64,000 nucleotides of DNA from Candidatus Nomurabacteria bacterium (GCA_943359395.1 CALRHH010000003.1:24846-88845), one strand, 5' to 3'. Counted from the stretch's first letter, positions 53,839 through 64,000 are shown. A program made the numbers and translations. The notes: generated by a model from the sequence alone, not told the origin.

Positions 53839-55140
53839 CTAAATGTTCTCCGAGAGGGAGTAGATTGGACTTATCATCGAGACCGCAAAGAACCCAACCG
53901 CCCCTCCGATAATGAGCATGAGGAATGGCTCGATGATAGTCGACATATCTTTGGTCTTGCGGTCCACTTCAACCTCATAAAATACCGCGAGGCGTTTCAG
54001 CATTTCCGCAGTTTGTCCGGTCTCTTCGCCAACCGCCATCATTTCGCCCACGAATGCGGGGTAAAGGTCTTCTCGTCGCATGAACGCTGCCGAGAGAGGT
54101 TGACCTCCGCCCACGGCGACAGATGCATCTTTTATGACATTTCGGAAATATGAATTCTGTACGACTTCACCCACGATATCGAGCGATGTAATCACATCGA
54201 CACCCGAAGAAAGGAGCGAGGCGAGTGTGCGTGCCGTGCGTGCCGCATTGACTTCGCGTACCATCACGCCGATGAGCGGCAGATGTATAAAGAAGAAATC
54301 CAACCCTCTTTTTCCCCACGACGTGTGGGCAATGATGTACAAAAGTGCAACTGCCCCAAGCATGCCTCCGACCGCCACGAGGGTGTACTGGACAAGGAAG
54401 TCGCTGATACCAATGACCACTTGAGTCGAGGCAGGCAGGTCCGCGTTCATTTCTTTGAACGTCTGCGCCAAGGTCGGCACGACCTCTATCATCATGACAA
54501 TACCGATACCGAATATCGCTATCAAAATGATGCACGGATAAATGAGTGCCCCCCGTATCTTCTTCTTCAATTCATACATCCGCTCCATTTGGTCGGATGT
54601 GACGGTAAGAGCGGACGAGAGGTCCCCCCCTTCTTCTCCCGCACGGACCATGGCAACGAATATCTTTGGAAACACGCGCGGGAATTTTGCGAGGGCGGCG
54701 TGGAGAGTCTCACCCCGACGGACATCGGAAGAAACCTGTGAGACAATTAGAGACATTTTTGGGTTCTTTGTCTGTCTCTCGATGACCGCCAAGGCGCGCG
54801 CAAGCGCCAATCCCGCGCTCAACATCGCGCCCAGATTGCGGGAAAAAAGGATCTTTTCGTACTCAGATATACGGGAAATCTTTGCGTTCCAGTACGCCAT
54901 TGAACGCCAGCTCGTGTCGTTTGATTCTTCGAGTGAAATTATTTTGCCTCCTTCCTGCCGCACGACATCATAGAGTTCAAATCGGTCGGCGGCTTCGCCG
55001 ACGCCTTTGTATACTTCTCCGTCACTTTTTTCAGCAGTGTAGGTGAACTTCATCCACGTAAGTATACCCCGTGAGATAAACATGAAGGCTGTTTTATGCA
55101 CTTTTTTCTTCAGTATCAAACTCGCGCGTCGACAGGACAA
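53839..55140 (-). CDS. pilC: Type IV pilus assembly platform protein PilC (GspF family).
   Basis: Two T2SF repeats. ALIYPCIILIAIFGIGIVMMIEVVPTLAQTF motif typical of PilC/GspF. Confidence 0.8.
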   Translation of the reverse strand: MSCRRASLILKKKVHKTAFMFISRGILTWMKFTYTAEKSDGEVYKGVGEAADRFELYDVVRQEGGKIISLEESNDTSWRSMAYWNAKISRISEYEKILFSRNLGAMLSAGLALARALAVIERQTKNPKMSLIVSQVSSDVRRGETLHAALAKFPRVFPKIFVAMVRAGEEGGDLSSALTVTSDQMERMYELKKKIRGALIYPCIILIAIFGIGIVMMIEVVPTLAQTFKEMNADLPASTQVVIGISDFLVQYTLVAVGGMLGAVALLYIIAHTSWGKRGLDFFFIHLPLIGVMVREVNAARTARTLASLLSSGVDVITSLDIVGEVVQNSYFRNVIKDASVAVGGGQPLSAAFMRREDLYPAFVGEMMAVGEETGQTAEMLKRLAVFYEVEVDRKTKDMSTIIEPFLMLIIGGAVGFFAVSMISPIYSLSENI

Positions 55141-55200
55141 TCGTCATCTGTATCTCATTGGGTATAGCGCGCAAAACGCTTGTGCTTACTTTTTTCCACC

Positions 55201-56958
55201 CTACTCGGTGATAACGCGCAACACTTCTTCAATAGTAGTAACCCCTTGCGCCGCTTTGAAAATACCGTCCTCGCTCATCGTGAGCATGCCTTCGCTCCGA
55301 GCCTGTTTCTCAATCGCATCTCCCGTTTCGTTTTTCATCACGAGCTCTTTGATCGTCGAGGTCATCGGCAAGACTTCATAAATTCCAACGCGTCCCGAAT
55401 ATCCCGAAGGAGTCTGACCATTCTCTTTTTGCTTGTAGAAAGAGACATTTTTCCATGTGGCATTTGCCGCGACTGCCTTTTCTTCCTTGAGTGCTTTCAG
55501 CACGGTTCCCACATCTACCACACGTTCAAGCTGTGTTTGTTCATCGCGCGAGAGTTCGTATTTTTCCTTGTCGGGCGAGAGTTTGCGCACGAGTCGCTGT
55601 CCGATGATGACACGGAGCGTGGAGACGAGGAGAAATGGCTCAACGCCCATGTCGAGTAATCGCGCGACAGCACCTGCCGCAGAGTTGGTGTGCAGCGTCG
55701 AGAGTACGAGGTGTCCCGTGAGTGCGGCGTTGATTGCAAGCGACGCAGTTTCTTTGTCGCGGATTTCACCAACCATGACGATGTCCGGGTCCTGGCGAAC
55801 GAGAGAGCGCAGACCGTTGGCAAAGGTGAATCCGATATCGGGCCGTACCTGTGTCTGGTTGATACGCGGCATCTGATATTCAATAGGGTCCTCAATAGTG
55901 GATATGTTCACATCGGGTGTATTCACGATATCGAGCAGCGTGTAGAGTGTCGTCGATTTTCCGGCGCCTGTCGGACCGGTGGTCAGTATCATGCCGGTTG
56001 TCTTGCGCATCGCTTCGTGCATGCGCTCAAGACCACTGCCATGGAATCCAACGCTTTCGAGCGTAAATCCGGAAATGGAGTCCCGCAAAAGGCGCATAAC
56101 AATCTTCTCTCCATAATAGGTTGGCAAAATTGACACACGGAATGAAATTTTCTCACCGCCACTCTCGGCTCCGAAGCGACCGTCCTGCGGTAAGCGATGT
56201 TCGTCGAGACGCATGTTTGCCAAGACTTTGATACGCGCAGTGAGTGCGGCGGCGGCATGCTTCGGAAGCTCCATCGCGTCGTGCAAGATTCCGTCGATAC
56301 GGTAACGAATGAGGAGTGTTTGCTCGAGGGGCTCTATGTGAATATCCGAGGCGTTCTGCGCGTTCGCATGTCTAATGAGCGTGTCGACGATGCGTACCGC
56401 GGGAATACCTTCTGCTATCTCTTTCAAGTCTACCTCTTTTCCCTCACCCGCCGCGACAAGGTCGGCAGCGGTTTTCTCAAGAGCAGCTGTCTCACGCCCG
56501 ATGACATCTCCGAGATTATCTTTGAGTCCTTGCTGGTACTGCTTAAGTGCCGTTTTGATGGAATCGACATCGGTGAGTCGTGGCAAAACCTTGAGATGCG
56601 TCTTCTTCTTTATGAAGTCTATCGCCGCCAAATCATCAGTGTCGAGCATCGCCACTTCGAGCTCTTCCGCATTGTGATTGTACGCGATGATGTTATTGCG
56701 TCGTGCGACGGGCTCAGGAATCATTGAGAGGACATCGTATTTAATCGTCGTCCCGACGAGCGACACGAATGGAATACCGAGGATGTAAGCGTAGGTGCGA
56801 CGCAGCTCGTCTTCGCCGATTGCATTCTTCGCTTTCAAGACATCCCCCACCTGTTGCCCCGTCTTCTTCGCCTCAACATCAGCGGCATCAAAATCTTTTT
56901 GCGAAACGAGCCCCGCATCAGCGAGAAATGATTTGAGGTGTGTGTCCGAGATGTACAT
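55201..56958 (-). CDS. pilB: Type IV pilus assembly ATPase PilB (GspE family) with N-terminal GSPII_E_N domain.
   Basis: Walker A ILTTGPTGAGKSTTLY, Walker B/Asp box MVGEIRD, His box TLHTN, tetracysteine-like region absent but overall GspE layout. Confidence 0.85.
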   Translation of the reverse strand: MYISDTHLKSFLADAGLVSQKDFDAADVEAKKTGQQVGDVLKAKNAIGEDELRRTYAYILGIPFVSLVGTTIKYDVLSMIPEPVARRNNIIAYNHNAEELEVAMLDTDDLAAIDFIKKKTHLKVLPRLTDVDSIKTALKQYQQGLKDNLGDVIGRETAALEKTAADLVAAGEGKEVDLKEIAEGIPAVRIVDTLIRHANAQNASDIHIEPLEQTLLIRYRIDGILHDAMELPKHAAAALTARIKVLANMRLDEHRLPQDGRFGAESGGEKISFRVSILPTYYGEKIVMRLLRDSISGFTLESVGFHGSGLERMHEAMRKTTGMILTTGPTGAGKSTTLYTLLDIVNTPDVNISTIEDPIEYQMPRINQTQVRPDIGFTFANGLRSLVRQDPDIVMVGEIRDKETASLAINAALTGHLVLSTLHTNSAAGAVARLLDMGVEPFLLVSTLRVIIGQRLVRKLSPDKEKYELSRDEQTQLERVVDVGTVLKALKEEKAVAANATWKNVSFYKQKENGQTPSGYSGRVGIYEVLPMTSTIKELVMKNETGDAIEKQARSEGMLTMSEDGIFKAAQGVTTIEEVLRVITE

Positions 56959-57578
56959 ACCCTATGATTATATCAGTCCCCGGCGACTGGATTCTCAATC
57001 CACAACGTCACATTGTGCGTATATGTACTGAGTATAGAATTGCTGTGTTGTCGTCATAGGTGATGCATCAGACGTATGAATCTCGACCAAGACCCGAATG
57101 CGAACATAATGAAGAGTCCTGAGCTTCAAGAAGCAATGGATCTGCGGGGTAGAATATCGGACATCATGGGGCAAGTGAAACAAGGTAACCCTGCTGTCTA
57201 TGAAATGCTGGGCGGTGAGGAGTCACAAGATTTATTGGATGGCGCGCTTAGTTCCCGTACTGATGACGTTTCGCTTATTGCACAATATAGCGAAGCATGG
57301 AAAAGTGGTCTTGCTGTCTTGGAAGAGATAAAGACAATGCATAGTTCCAAAGCCCCCGAAGACGCCCTCCGCAAAAAAGGTGAAGAATTTCAGAGTAGCA
57401 TGGGATTCGATACATTCCTGTATATAGCCCCTAGCGGGGTCCTCTTCCAAAGAAGAAAGAAGTAGCGCGTGATGGCTGCAAGCTGTCTTGACCTTAGAAT
57501 AATTCGGTGTATACTGGCCTGCATAAGTTCCGCCTCTGGCGGGCGCTTTTTTTAGAAGACTTCAAAAAACACAAAAAT

Positions 57579-58919
57579 ATGGCTCTACTCGACCTCAAAT
57601 CACTCAACTCTGCTCTCGACGAATTGCAGACGGAGCGCGGCATTTCGCGCGAATCCGTCGTAGATGCCCTCTCAACAGCCCTCGCCGCCGCATACCGTCG
57701 CGAATACGGCAAGCGCGGACAAATAATCCGCGCCACATTCAATCCTGCGACGGGAGATATGGAGTTTCGTCAGGCAAAAATTGTCGTCGACAAGACGCTC
57801 GTCCGCGGGGAGGGTGATGAGCCTACGGGTGACGACGACCATCGTTCACGCTTCAATCCAGAGCAGCATATCATGATTGAAGATGCGCGTCGCATCAAAA
57901 AAGATTCCACGCTCGACGAAGAAATATCGTTCCCGCTCGAAACGCAGGAAGATTTCGGCCGCATCGCCGCACAAGCCGCAAAGCAGGTCATCATGCAGAA
58001 GGTGCGCGAGGCTGAGCGCACGAGTATTATCCAAGAATACGGACAACGTGAGGGTGATATCGTAACGGGCCATGTCCAGCGCTTCGAGCGCGGCAACCTC
58101 TTTGTCGACCTCGGTCGTGCGACCGCCATTCTTCCCTACGACGAGCAGATTCCGGGGGAGCGCTACCGTCAGGGAGAGCGCGTCCGCGCGCTTCTCTTGC
58201 GCGTGGACGAAGGTGTCCGCGGTACGTTCATCCGTCTCTCCCGTTCGCATCCGCGCTTCCTCACAAAATTGTTCGAGGCCGAGGTGCCCGAAATGGCCAG
58301 CGGCATCGTAGAGGTCAAGGGCATTGTCCGCGAACCGGGCAGCCGCGCAAAAATCGCCGTGTTTTCCAAAGACGACCACATCGACCCCGTCGGCGCACTT
58401 GTCGGCCAGCGAGGCGTCCGAGTCGCCGTCGTTACATCTGAATTGGGGGGTGAGAAAATCGACGTCGTCGAATGGTCAGAGAAGACCGAAGATTTCGTTA
58501 AAGAATCTCTGAAACCCGCTCAGGTCTTGGCGATAGAGCTCAACGAAGAAGAGAACCGCGCTATTGTACAAGTCGCCGAGGACCAGCAATCACTCGCTAT
58601 CGGTCGCGGTGGACAAAATGTCCGTCTCGCCGCCCGCCTCACGGGCTGGAAAATTGATATCCGTAGTACGGGCGGAGAGCACATAGCGGCAACGGACGGC
58701 TCGGAAGCTCCCGCAGTGCAAGATACGCAAGTAGAAGATATCTCCCAGAAAGAAAGCGGGTTTGAAGAAACAAAAAAGGAGATGGGTGAGGATGATGAAG
58801 CAGCTGACACTGGCGAGAAAAATATCGACCCCGTCGCTCAAGATCGCGATATCGCATCTGAGAAAGTTGAAGAACAGCAGGAGGAAGTGATTACAGACAA
58901 AGAAAAAGACGCCGAATAG
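57579..58919 (+). CDS. nusA: Transcription termination/antitermination factor NusA (N-domain, S1, KH, acidic C-terminal tail).
   Basis: MALLDLKSLNSALDELQTERGISRESVVDALSTALAAAYRREYG (NusA N-terminus), S1 domain IVTGHVQRFERGNLFVDLG, KH GIGRGGQNVRLAARLTGWKIDI. Confidence 0.8.
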   Translation: MALLDLKSLNSALDELQTERGISRESVVDALSTALAAAYRREYGKRGQIIRATFNPATGDMEFRQAKIVVDKTLVRGEGDEPTGDDDHRSRFNPEQHIMIEDARRIKKDSTLDEEISFPLETQEDFGRIAAQAAKQVIMQKVREAERTSIIQEYGQREGDIVTGHVQRFERGNLFVDLGRATAILPYDEQIPGERYRQGERVRALLLRVDEGVRGTFIRLSRSHPRFLTKLFEAEVPEMASGIVEVKGIVREPGSRAKIAVFSKDDHIDPVGALVGQRGVRVAVVTSELGGEKIDVVEWSEKTEDFVKESLKPAQVLAIELNEEENRAIVQVAEDQQSLAIGRGGQNVRLAARLTGWKIDIRSTGGEHIAATDGSEAPAVQDTQVEDISQKESGFEETKKEMGEDDEAADTGEKNIDPVAQDRDIASEKVEEQQEEVITDKEKDAE

Positions 58920-58937
58920 GTACCGGGGTGAGGTTCT

Positions 58938-58972
58938 GAGCGGGGTTGTGCATAGCACAGCCCCGCTTTTTT
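58938..58972. terminator. Rho-independent terminator after nusA (GAGCGGGGTTGTGC…GCACAGCCCCGCTTTTTT).
   Basis: Near-perfect 12-bp stem plus T6. Confidence 0.7.
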
Positions 58973-59028
58973 CCCGTTCCACATAGCCGACACTTTCCAA
59001 AAACGACCTTTCTGTTACACTCTCTCTT

Positions 59029-59565
59029 ATGAATCTTTGGCACGACATACCGCTTGGCGATGGCGCACCTGAGGAATTCAACACCATCATCGAAATACCG
59101 CGCGGTTCGCACAACAAATATGAGATAGACAAAGACACCGGTCTCATCAAGCTCGACCGCGTCAATTTCTCTGCAGCACCGTATCCATTTGATTATGGAT
59201 TTGCCCCGCGGACACTTTGGGAAGACGGCGATGCGCTTGACGTGGTATTACTCACGACCAATCCTATTCCCTCAGGGATTCTCGTCACCGTTCGACCTGT
59301 TGGCCTCATGAAAATGATTGACGGCGGCGAATCCGACGACAAAGTACTCTGTGTACCGACCGATGATATTCGGTTTGACGACGTACATGACCTTGCAGAC
59401 ATCAATCCACACACCCTCAAAGAGATGCGGCACTTCTTTGAACACAACAAGGCGCTCAAGAAGAAGCCCGTTCAAATATCAATTACCGGATTTGAAGGTC
59501 GCGCTGCGGCTCTCGCAGCGGTCAGACGCTCTGTCGAACTCTATAAAGAGAAATTCGGAAAATAA
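59029..59565 (+). CDS. ppa: Inorganic pyrophosphatase (family I).
   Basis: IIEIPRGSHNKYEID…DGDALDVV…DDKV motifs (Asp-rich metal site) of soluble PPases. Confidence 0.85.
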   Translation: MNLWHDIPLGDGAPEEFNTIIEIPRGSHNKYEIDKDTGLIKLDRVNFSAAPYPFDYGFAPRTLWEDGDALDVVLLTTNPIPSGILVTVRPVGLMKMIDGGESDDKVLCVPTDDIRFDDVHDLADINPHTLKEMRHFFEHNKALKKKPVQISITGFEGRAAALAAVRRSVELYKEKFGK

Positions 59566-59627
59566 CCCCCCACTCAGTAAGATTCCTTCCATCCCCACGT
59601 CTACTGGTACTGAGATGGTAGAATGTT

Positions 59628-60446
59628 TTGAATAGTCCTCCTTATCAAGAGTCATTAACTATACATTTTGGCATGCAAAACTTAATAAGAATCTCGCTCC
59701 TTCCTCTCGTGGCGACACTGATTCTCAGTCTGGCAGGAGTAACGTACGCAGAAGACGGAAGTGCGGAGACGTCCGTGACTGTCGGAGCGACGACGTCTCG
59801 GTCCAAGCCTCGACCAACCCCTTTGCAGGTAATGCAAGAGAAAAAGGCTCGGCTGCTCGAAAATGCGAGGAGTATTCGACAAAACTTGCGCGGTGACTTG
59901 CAGGAGGAACGGGCGGAAACGCGCGTAGAGCTGAGAGCTGCGACCTCAGGACCTGAGCGTCGCGACATCATCAAAGGAAGCCTCGAGGACCGAAAAGAAG
60001 TCCGGGCAGACGCACGGGCGGAAATTAAAGGAAACATAAAGGAACGCCTCCAAGCGCTTATAAAAACGCATGTCGGATCTATCATTCGCCGCCTCGGCGC
60101 CGCATTCAAACAATTCGACAACATCATCGAGCGTATCGACTCACGTATACAGAAACTGAAACAGCGAGGCGTCGACACCTCATCCGTAGAAGCATCGCTT
60201 TCAACCTCAGCGAGCCTAGTCGCGACCGCAAAAGAGAACGCAGGAGCGCTCTCAACCCTCGTTGGATCTGTTAGCGAGTCCAGTGATGCCGCATCAGTCA
60301 AAGAACAGCTCCGTACCGCTACCGACAAAGCGACCGCGAGCGTGAAAGCGGCACACCGTGCGCTCCTCGAGACGGCGAAGATGCTCTCGGCGATTATACG
60401 CGCTTCGGCAAGTGTAGAATCGAGCTCATCTACGGAAGAAAATTAA
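59628..60446 (+). CDS. Secreted coiled-coil protein, unknown function. True start likely MQNLIRISLLPLVATLILSLAGVTYA.
   Basis: Signal peptide and charged heptad-like repeats. Resembles the C-terminal domain of the anti-sigma-like protein at 62812. Confidence 0.35.
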   Translation: MNSPPYQESLTIHFGMQNLIRISLLPLVATLILSLAGVTYAEDGSAETSVTVGATTSRSKPRPTPLQVMQEKKARLLENARSIRQNLRGDLQEERAETRVELRAATSGPERRDIIKGSLEDRKEVRADARAEIKGNIKERLQALIKTHVGSIIRRLGAAFKQFDNIIERIDSRIQKLKQRGVDTSSVEASLSTSASLVATAKENAGALSTLVGSVSESSDAASVKEQLRTATDKATASVKAAHRALLETAKMLSAIIRASASVESSSSTEEN

Positions 60447-60463
60447 TCACCACCAAAAAATCT

Positions 60464-60796
60464 ATGGAACCAAACACACCGGCAGAATCCAATACCCAAG
60501 GATACACAACACCTTCCGTGCTCACGAAGAGCTCTTCCGGACCCATTATCGGAGCCGTCATCATAATCGTGCTCCTCGTCTTCGGCGGTCTCTACGTATG
60601 GATGCAGGGACCTACAGATAAGATGAGCGACCTCCCCCTCATCCCAGGTGACCCGAGCGAAAACGAAGCATGGATACCAGAATCCACCACCTCCGATGCT
60701 GCCGCTGACATTGAAGCCGAGCTTACCGCAACGGATATGGACGCATTCGAAGCACAAATGAACGCAGACGCGGCGGCGGCGTCCAAAAGCTTGTAA
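60464..60796 (+). CDS. Small single-TM protein (paralog of the next gene).
   Basis: SSGPIIGAVIIIVLLVFGGLYVW TM. Acidic C-terminus. Confidence 0.3.
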   Translation: MEPNTPAESNTQGYTTPSVLTKSSSGPIIGAVIIIVLLVFGGLYVWMQGPTDKMSDLPLIPGDPSENEAWIPESTTSDAAADIEAELTATDMDAFEAQMNADAAAASKSL

Positions 60797-60819
60797 TCCG
60801 AGATGCTACAATTGAGTCG

Positions 60820-61038
60820 ATGCCCTCGTCCAACCAAACACCCTTTGACCTTACCGACCACCTCCTACCCCCCGCGCCAAAACCTTCGGCTGGTCCCATC
60901 GTCGGTATCGTAATCATCATTACCTTTCTCATTATTGGTGCACTGTACTTTTGGGGCGCTCACCTCAACGCGCAAAGTCCCGAAGATACTTTGCCTCTCA
61001 TTTTAGACGACGACTCCTCGGCGGTGCAGTCGAGCTAG
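60820..61038 (+). CDS. Small single-TM protein (paralog of the preceding gene).
   Basis: SAGPIVGIVIIITFLIIGALYFW TM shared with 60464-60796. Confidence 0.3.
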   Translation: MPSSNQTPFDLTDHLLPPAPKPSAGPIVGIVIIITFLIIGALYFWGAHLNAQSPEDTLPLILDDDSSAVQSS

Positions 61039-61139
61039 TTTGCGGCGACCGCCGTTTGCAGGTAAACCCCGTTAGATAATCCAGCAATCTTTGGTTTCAA
61101 AAACTCGACGAACGTTATCTAACGGGGTAAACTCCTCCG

Positions 61140-62231
61140 ATGCAATTACAGAACGTGAAAGTAACTCGCGACGATGCTGCGTGGGAGACGGAAGTGAAAG
61201 CCGAGATACCCGCGGAGGTGCTTGCGCATTACCGCACCGCGGCATTGAAAGAAATTAAGAAGACCGCGAAATTGGACGGCTTTCGTCCGGGCAAGGCTCC
61301 CGAAGAAAAGATTATCCAAGTATACGGAGAAAGTGTGATACTGCGTGAAGCTGTACAACATGCCATTGAGCACGAGCTCCCCGAGCTTCTTGCGGCTCAA
61401 AAGCTACTTATTATAGAATCTCCACGCGTGACAACCGACACGCCAGAACTGGGCAAGCCTGTTACCTTCACCGCACGTGCCGCACTTGCTCCTTCAATCG
61501 AATTACCAGATTACAAAAAGATTGCGGCGAAACACACCGCAGAAAAAGAAAAGGTCGTCGTCACGGACCAAGAACACGCACAAGCACTCACTCACTTGCG
61601 CAGAGAGCGCTCCCGCATCGACAAGATAGAAAGTGGTACCGACGCTCAGAAAGCTGCGGAAGAATCGCGTGCAGCAGAGGAGAAAGACCTCCCGGAGCTC
61701 GATGACGCATTCGTCCAATCACTTGGATACGAAAGCGCAGAGAAATTCGCCGAGGTACTCCGCGTAAACATAAAAACTGAAAAAGAAATGCAGGCGCAAG
61801 AGAAGCGACGGGCCCTTATTCTCGATGAACTCGTGAAGGACTCCAAGATATCCTACCCGTCGGCGCTACGCGAGTACGAACTCGACGACATGGAAGCCCG
61901 GCTTAAGGACGACCTCACGCGCATCGGACAGACGCTCGAGGCGTACTTTGCACAAACTAAGAAAACCCGGGAGCAGATTCGTACTGAATGGAAGGATGCT
62001 GCCGACAAACGGGCGAAAGTCCGCCTTATACTCACCGAAATAGCCCGGAAAGAATCTATCAGCCCAGACGAGAAAGCGCTTGAACATCAACTCGAACAGG
62101 CTCGCAAGCAATACCCCGCCGCAGACGCAATAGCGCTGCGTGCGCACATCTCACACGCGATGCGCAACGATGCAACCCTACGATTTTTGGAGGGAAACGC
62201 AGAGCTGCCGAAGCACCGCCACGAACACTAG
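61140..62231 (+). CDS. tig: Trigger factor (short form; PPIase domain apparently reduced or absent).
   Basis: N-terminal ribosome-binding domain with the GFRPGKAP signature (consensus GFR.GK.P). C-terminal helical arm domain. 363 aa versus ~430 typical. Confidence 0.6.
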   Translation: MQLQNVKVTRDDAAWETEVKAEIPAEVLAHYRTAALKEIKKTAKLDGFRPGKAPEEKIIQVYGESVILREAVQHAIEHELPELLAAQKLLIIESPRVTTDTPELGKPVTFTARAALAPSIELPDYKKIAAKHTAEKEKVVVTDQEHAQALTHLRRERSRIDKIESGTDAQKAAEESRAAEEKDLPELDDAFVQSLGYESAEKFAEVLRVNIKTEKEMQAQEKRRALILDELVKDSKISYPSALREYELDDMEARLKDDLTRIGQTLEAYFAQTKKTREQIRTEWKDAADKRAKVRLILTEIARKESISPDEKALEHQLEQARKQYPAADAIALRAHISHAMRNDATLRFLEGNAELPKHRHEH

Positions 62232-62278
62232 GAAACAAGCGGCGCACAAAGAGGGGTATGTGCTAAGGTAAGAATGTT

Positions 62279-62815
62279 ATGGATGAGACGTCTCAGCAAG
62301 AGGGAGAAGAGGAATTCCTTATGGCCTATGACACGTACAGTGATGCGATTTTCCGGTTTCTGACGATGAAGATTGCCGACCGTGAAACAGCGCGCGACCT
62401 CACCCAAGAAACGTTCACCCGCGCGTGGGACTTTTACAGAGAGGGCGGTGTCGTCCGAGATTGGAAGCCATTCCTCTATCAAACCGCATACAACCTCGTT
62501 GTAGACGTGTATCGGAAAAAGAAGTCTGTTTCGCTCGACGCGCTCATTGATGACCATGGATTCGGCGTCTCCGACGACAGCAGCGAAGAAAAGAAGGCGA
62601 TAACAAAGGCAGAAATGTCTCTCGTCCGAAAAGGAATCGATGCTCTCAATGAGGTGTATCGTGAAGTGATTCTCCTCCGCTATTCTGAAGGTCTCCAACC
62701 GAAAGACATCGCCAACATTACTGGTCTTTCAGAAAACGTCGTGTCTGTCCGAATACACCGCGGCGTCGAAAAACTGCGAACAATCCTTTCCTCACCTACC
62801 GACCACCAACTATGA
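62279..62815 (+). CDS. ECF (group 4) sigma-70 family RNA polymerase sigma factor.
   Basis: Region 2 AYDTYSDAIFRFLTMKIADRETARDLTQETFTRAW and region 4 HTH VILLRYSEGLQPKDIANITGLSENVVSVRIHRGVEKLR. Confidence 0.8.
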   Translation: MDETSQQEGEEEFLMAYDTYSDAIFRFLTMKIADRETARDLTQETFTRAWDFYREGGVVRDWKPFLYQTAYNLVVDVYRKKKSVSLDALIDDHGFGVSDDSSEEKKAITKAEMSLVRKGIDALNEVYREVILLRYSEGLQPKDIANITGLSENVVSVRIHRGVEKLRTILSSPTDHQL

Positions 62816-63945
62816 GTACCTCACATTTTTCACATAATGACGAACGGGAACTAGAGTCCTGTGTTAAGGCAGTGCTCCGCATTTCGCTCGACCAATCAGA
62901 CAAGGCGGCTATGCGGGCGCATCTTTTGGAGTACGCACACATGAAACCACTCCGCCCGCACGCTTCGGCGCATCCCGCGTACCCTATCCTCGACAAGATC
63001 TCCGTCTTTTTCGCACAACACTCCATGCCGTTTATTACCGCTGCGCTCATCCTGACAATCGGAGGTAGCACTGTTGCCGCGGCTGAGAGTGCGCTCCCCG
63101 GCGAGTTTCTCTACCCCATAAAAATACACGTAACGGAGGAGGTACGCGCCACGCTCGCGACATCTGCAAAAGCAAAAGCGGATTGGTCCGTCGTGCGGGC
63201 AGAGCGCAGACTTGAGGAGGCGGCTACTCTTGCCGTCGCGGGTAGGCTCGATGAAGCAACCCGGGCCGAAATCGACATCAACATCGACGCGCAAGTCGAG
63301 AGCGCAGGTAAAAATCGTGCAGAGCTTGCGGGGAAGAATGACCCCTCCGCACAAGAAGTGCAAACCAACATAGGTTCCATTCTCGTCGCCCGCGCCAACA
63401 TCCTTGGCAGCAAGCAAGCAAATATTGCGAGCGCCGATGCGGGAATCAGCTTACGCGCGACCGTCGTCGCACCGACGGTACCCCCACCCCCGATGATTGC
63501 GACAACGAGTATGACGGCGCAGACATTGTCTGCTGACGAGTCCGTGTCTCCCGAAGCAGTCCGCAAGGGTGAGCGGACAGCTGCAAACGCTCGACTCCAA
63601 GCCTCTAAAAAATACCTCGACTCCAGCAAGACGCTTCGTCCTGAAGCGCGTGAGACCGTACAATCACGCATCAGGGAAGTGACCGAGGCGATTACATCGG
63701 GAGACGTTGATGCCGCACGTGGAAATACCGACGGAGCCGCATCGAGTTTCACATCCGCGCTCAAAGCCGCAACCGACATCGAGACGATTATCGCCGAATC
63801 ACAAAACGCCTCTTCTACGGGCACGAGTACGCCACAAAACGCCACAAGCACGTACAGTGCGACATCTTCTCTCAACGCCACGTCAACGGCATCCACCACA
63901 GAAAGCGGGGCAGATGTTCGCGAGATAGTAAATACTGGATTATAG
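62812..63945 (+). CDS. Membrane-anchored anti-sigma-factor-like protein (cytoplasmic N-domain, one TM, extracytoplasmic coiled-coil/Ser-Thr-rich domain), translationally coupled (ATGA) to the ECF sigma gene.
   Basis: 4-nt overlap with sigma gene. TM FITAALILTIGGSTVAAA. Gene-pair architecture typical of ECF sigma/anti-sigma modules. Confidence 0.45.
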   Translation: MSTSHFSHNDERELESCVKAVLRISLDQSDKAAMRAHLLEYAHMKPLRPHASAHPAYPILDKISVFFAQHSMPFITAALILTIGGSTVAAAESALPGEFLYPIKIHVTEEVRATLATSAKAKADWSVVRAERRLEEAATLAVAGRLDEATRAEIDINIDAQVESAGKNRAELAGKNDPSAQEVQTNIGSILVARANILGSKQANIASADAGISLRATVVAPTVPPPPMIATTSMTAQTLSADESVSPEAVRKGERTAANARLQASKKYLDSSKTLRPEARETVQSRIREVTEAITSGDVDAARGNTDGAASSFTSALKAATDIETIIAESQNASSTGTSTPQNATSTYSATSSLNATSTASTTESGADVREIVNTGL

Positions 63946-64000
63946 GAAGCAAAAATTTGCGCGCTTGCCCACTTGGTGTACACTCCTCTCTGTATGAACA

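Noticed and set aside
57076-57465. 129-aa ORF upstream of nusA as rimP
   Set aside because: The sequence does not resemble RimP. It is left as an unannotated possible small ORF.

Overview
The window is bacterial chromosome with a housekeeping backbone and several accessory insertions. Backbone genes recognisable by direct reading of the translations: rpsL-rpsG-fusA-tuf (str operon), rpsJ, rpmB, nusA, tig, ppa, pgk, tpiA, sodA/B-type SOD, recJ, rnhA, HIT hydrolase, SppA, a type IV pilus block (pilB-pilC plus three pilin-like genes), a split ComEC, and an ECF sigma/anti-sigma pair. The hunt gave three loci that stand out. (1) A tightly coupled six-gene minus-strand operon at 3.1-9.5 kb encodes a membrane protein with a C-terminal (GGGDC)n repeat, two membrane-anchored proteins (one Cys-rich), a PP-loop ATPase and two PaaK/CapK-type adenylating ligases. 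It is divergent from an ArsR-family regulator. A plus-strand operon at 10.0-14.9 kb follows it, with a second PP-loop ATPase and two sulfatase/LtaS-family enzymes. Together they look like an undescribed envelope or peptide-modification system. (2) The str operon is disrupted. Three paralogous secreted Gly-rich proteins sharing a conserved ~170-aa C-terminal domain sit between fusA and tuf. A FabZ-like hotdog gene is inserted antisense between rpsG and fusA, next to a relic fusA 5' end that keeps 14/14 residues despite many synonymous nucleotide changes. About 7.5 kb of accessory genes separate tuf from an isolated rpsJ. (3) A divergently arranged pair of paralogous ATP-grasp-like proteins flanks a degenerate P-loop kinase-like gene and an orphan DctP-like binding protein. 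No CRISPR array, rRNA or convincing tRNA was seen. All functional calls rest on motif-level reading of the ORF translations, with no database searches, and confidences reflect that.
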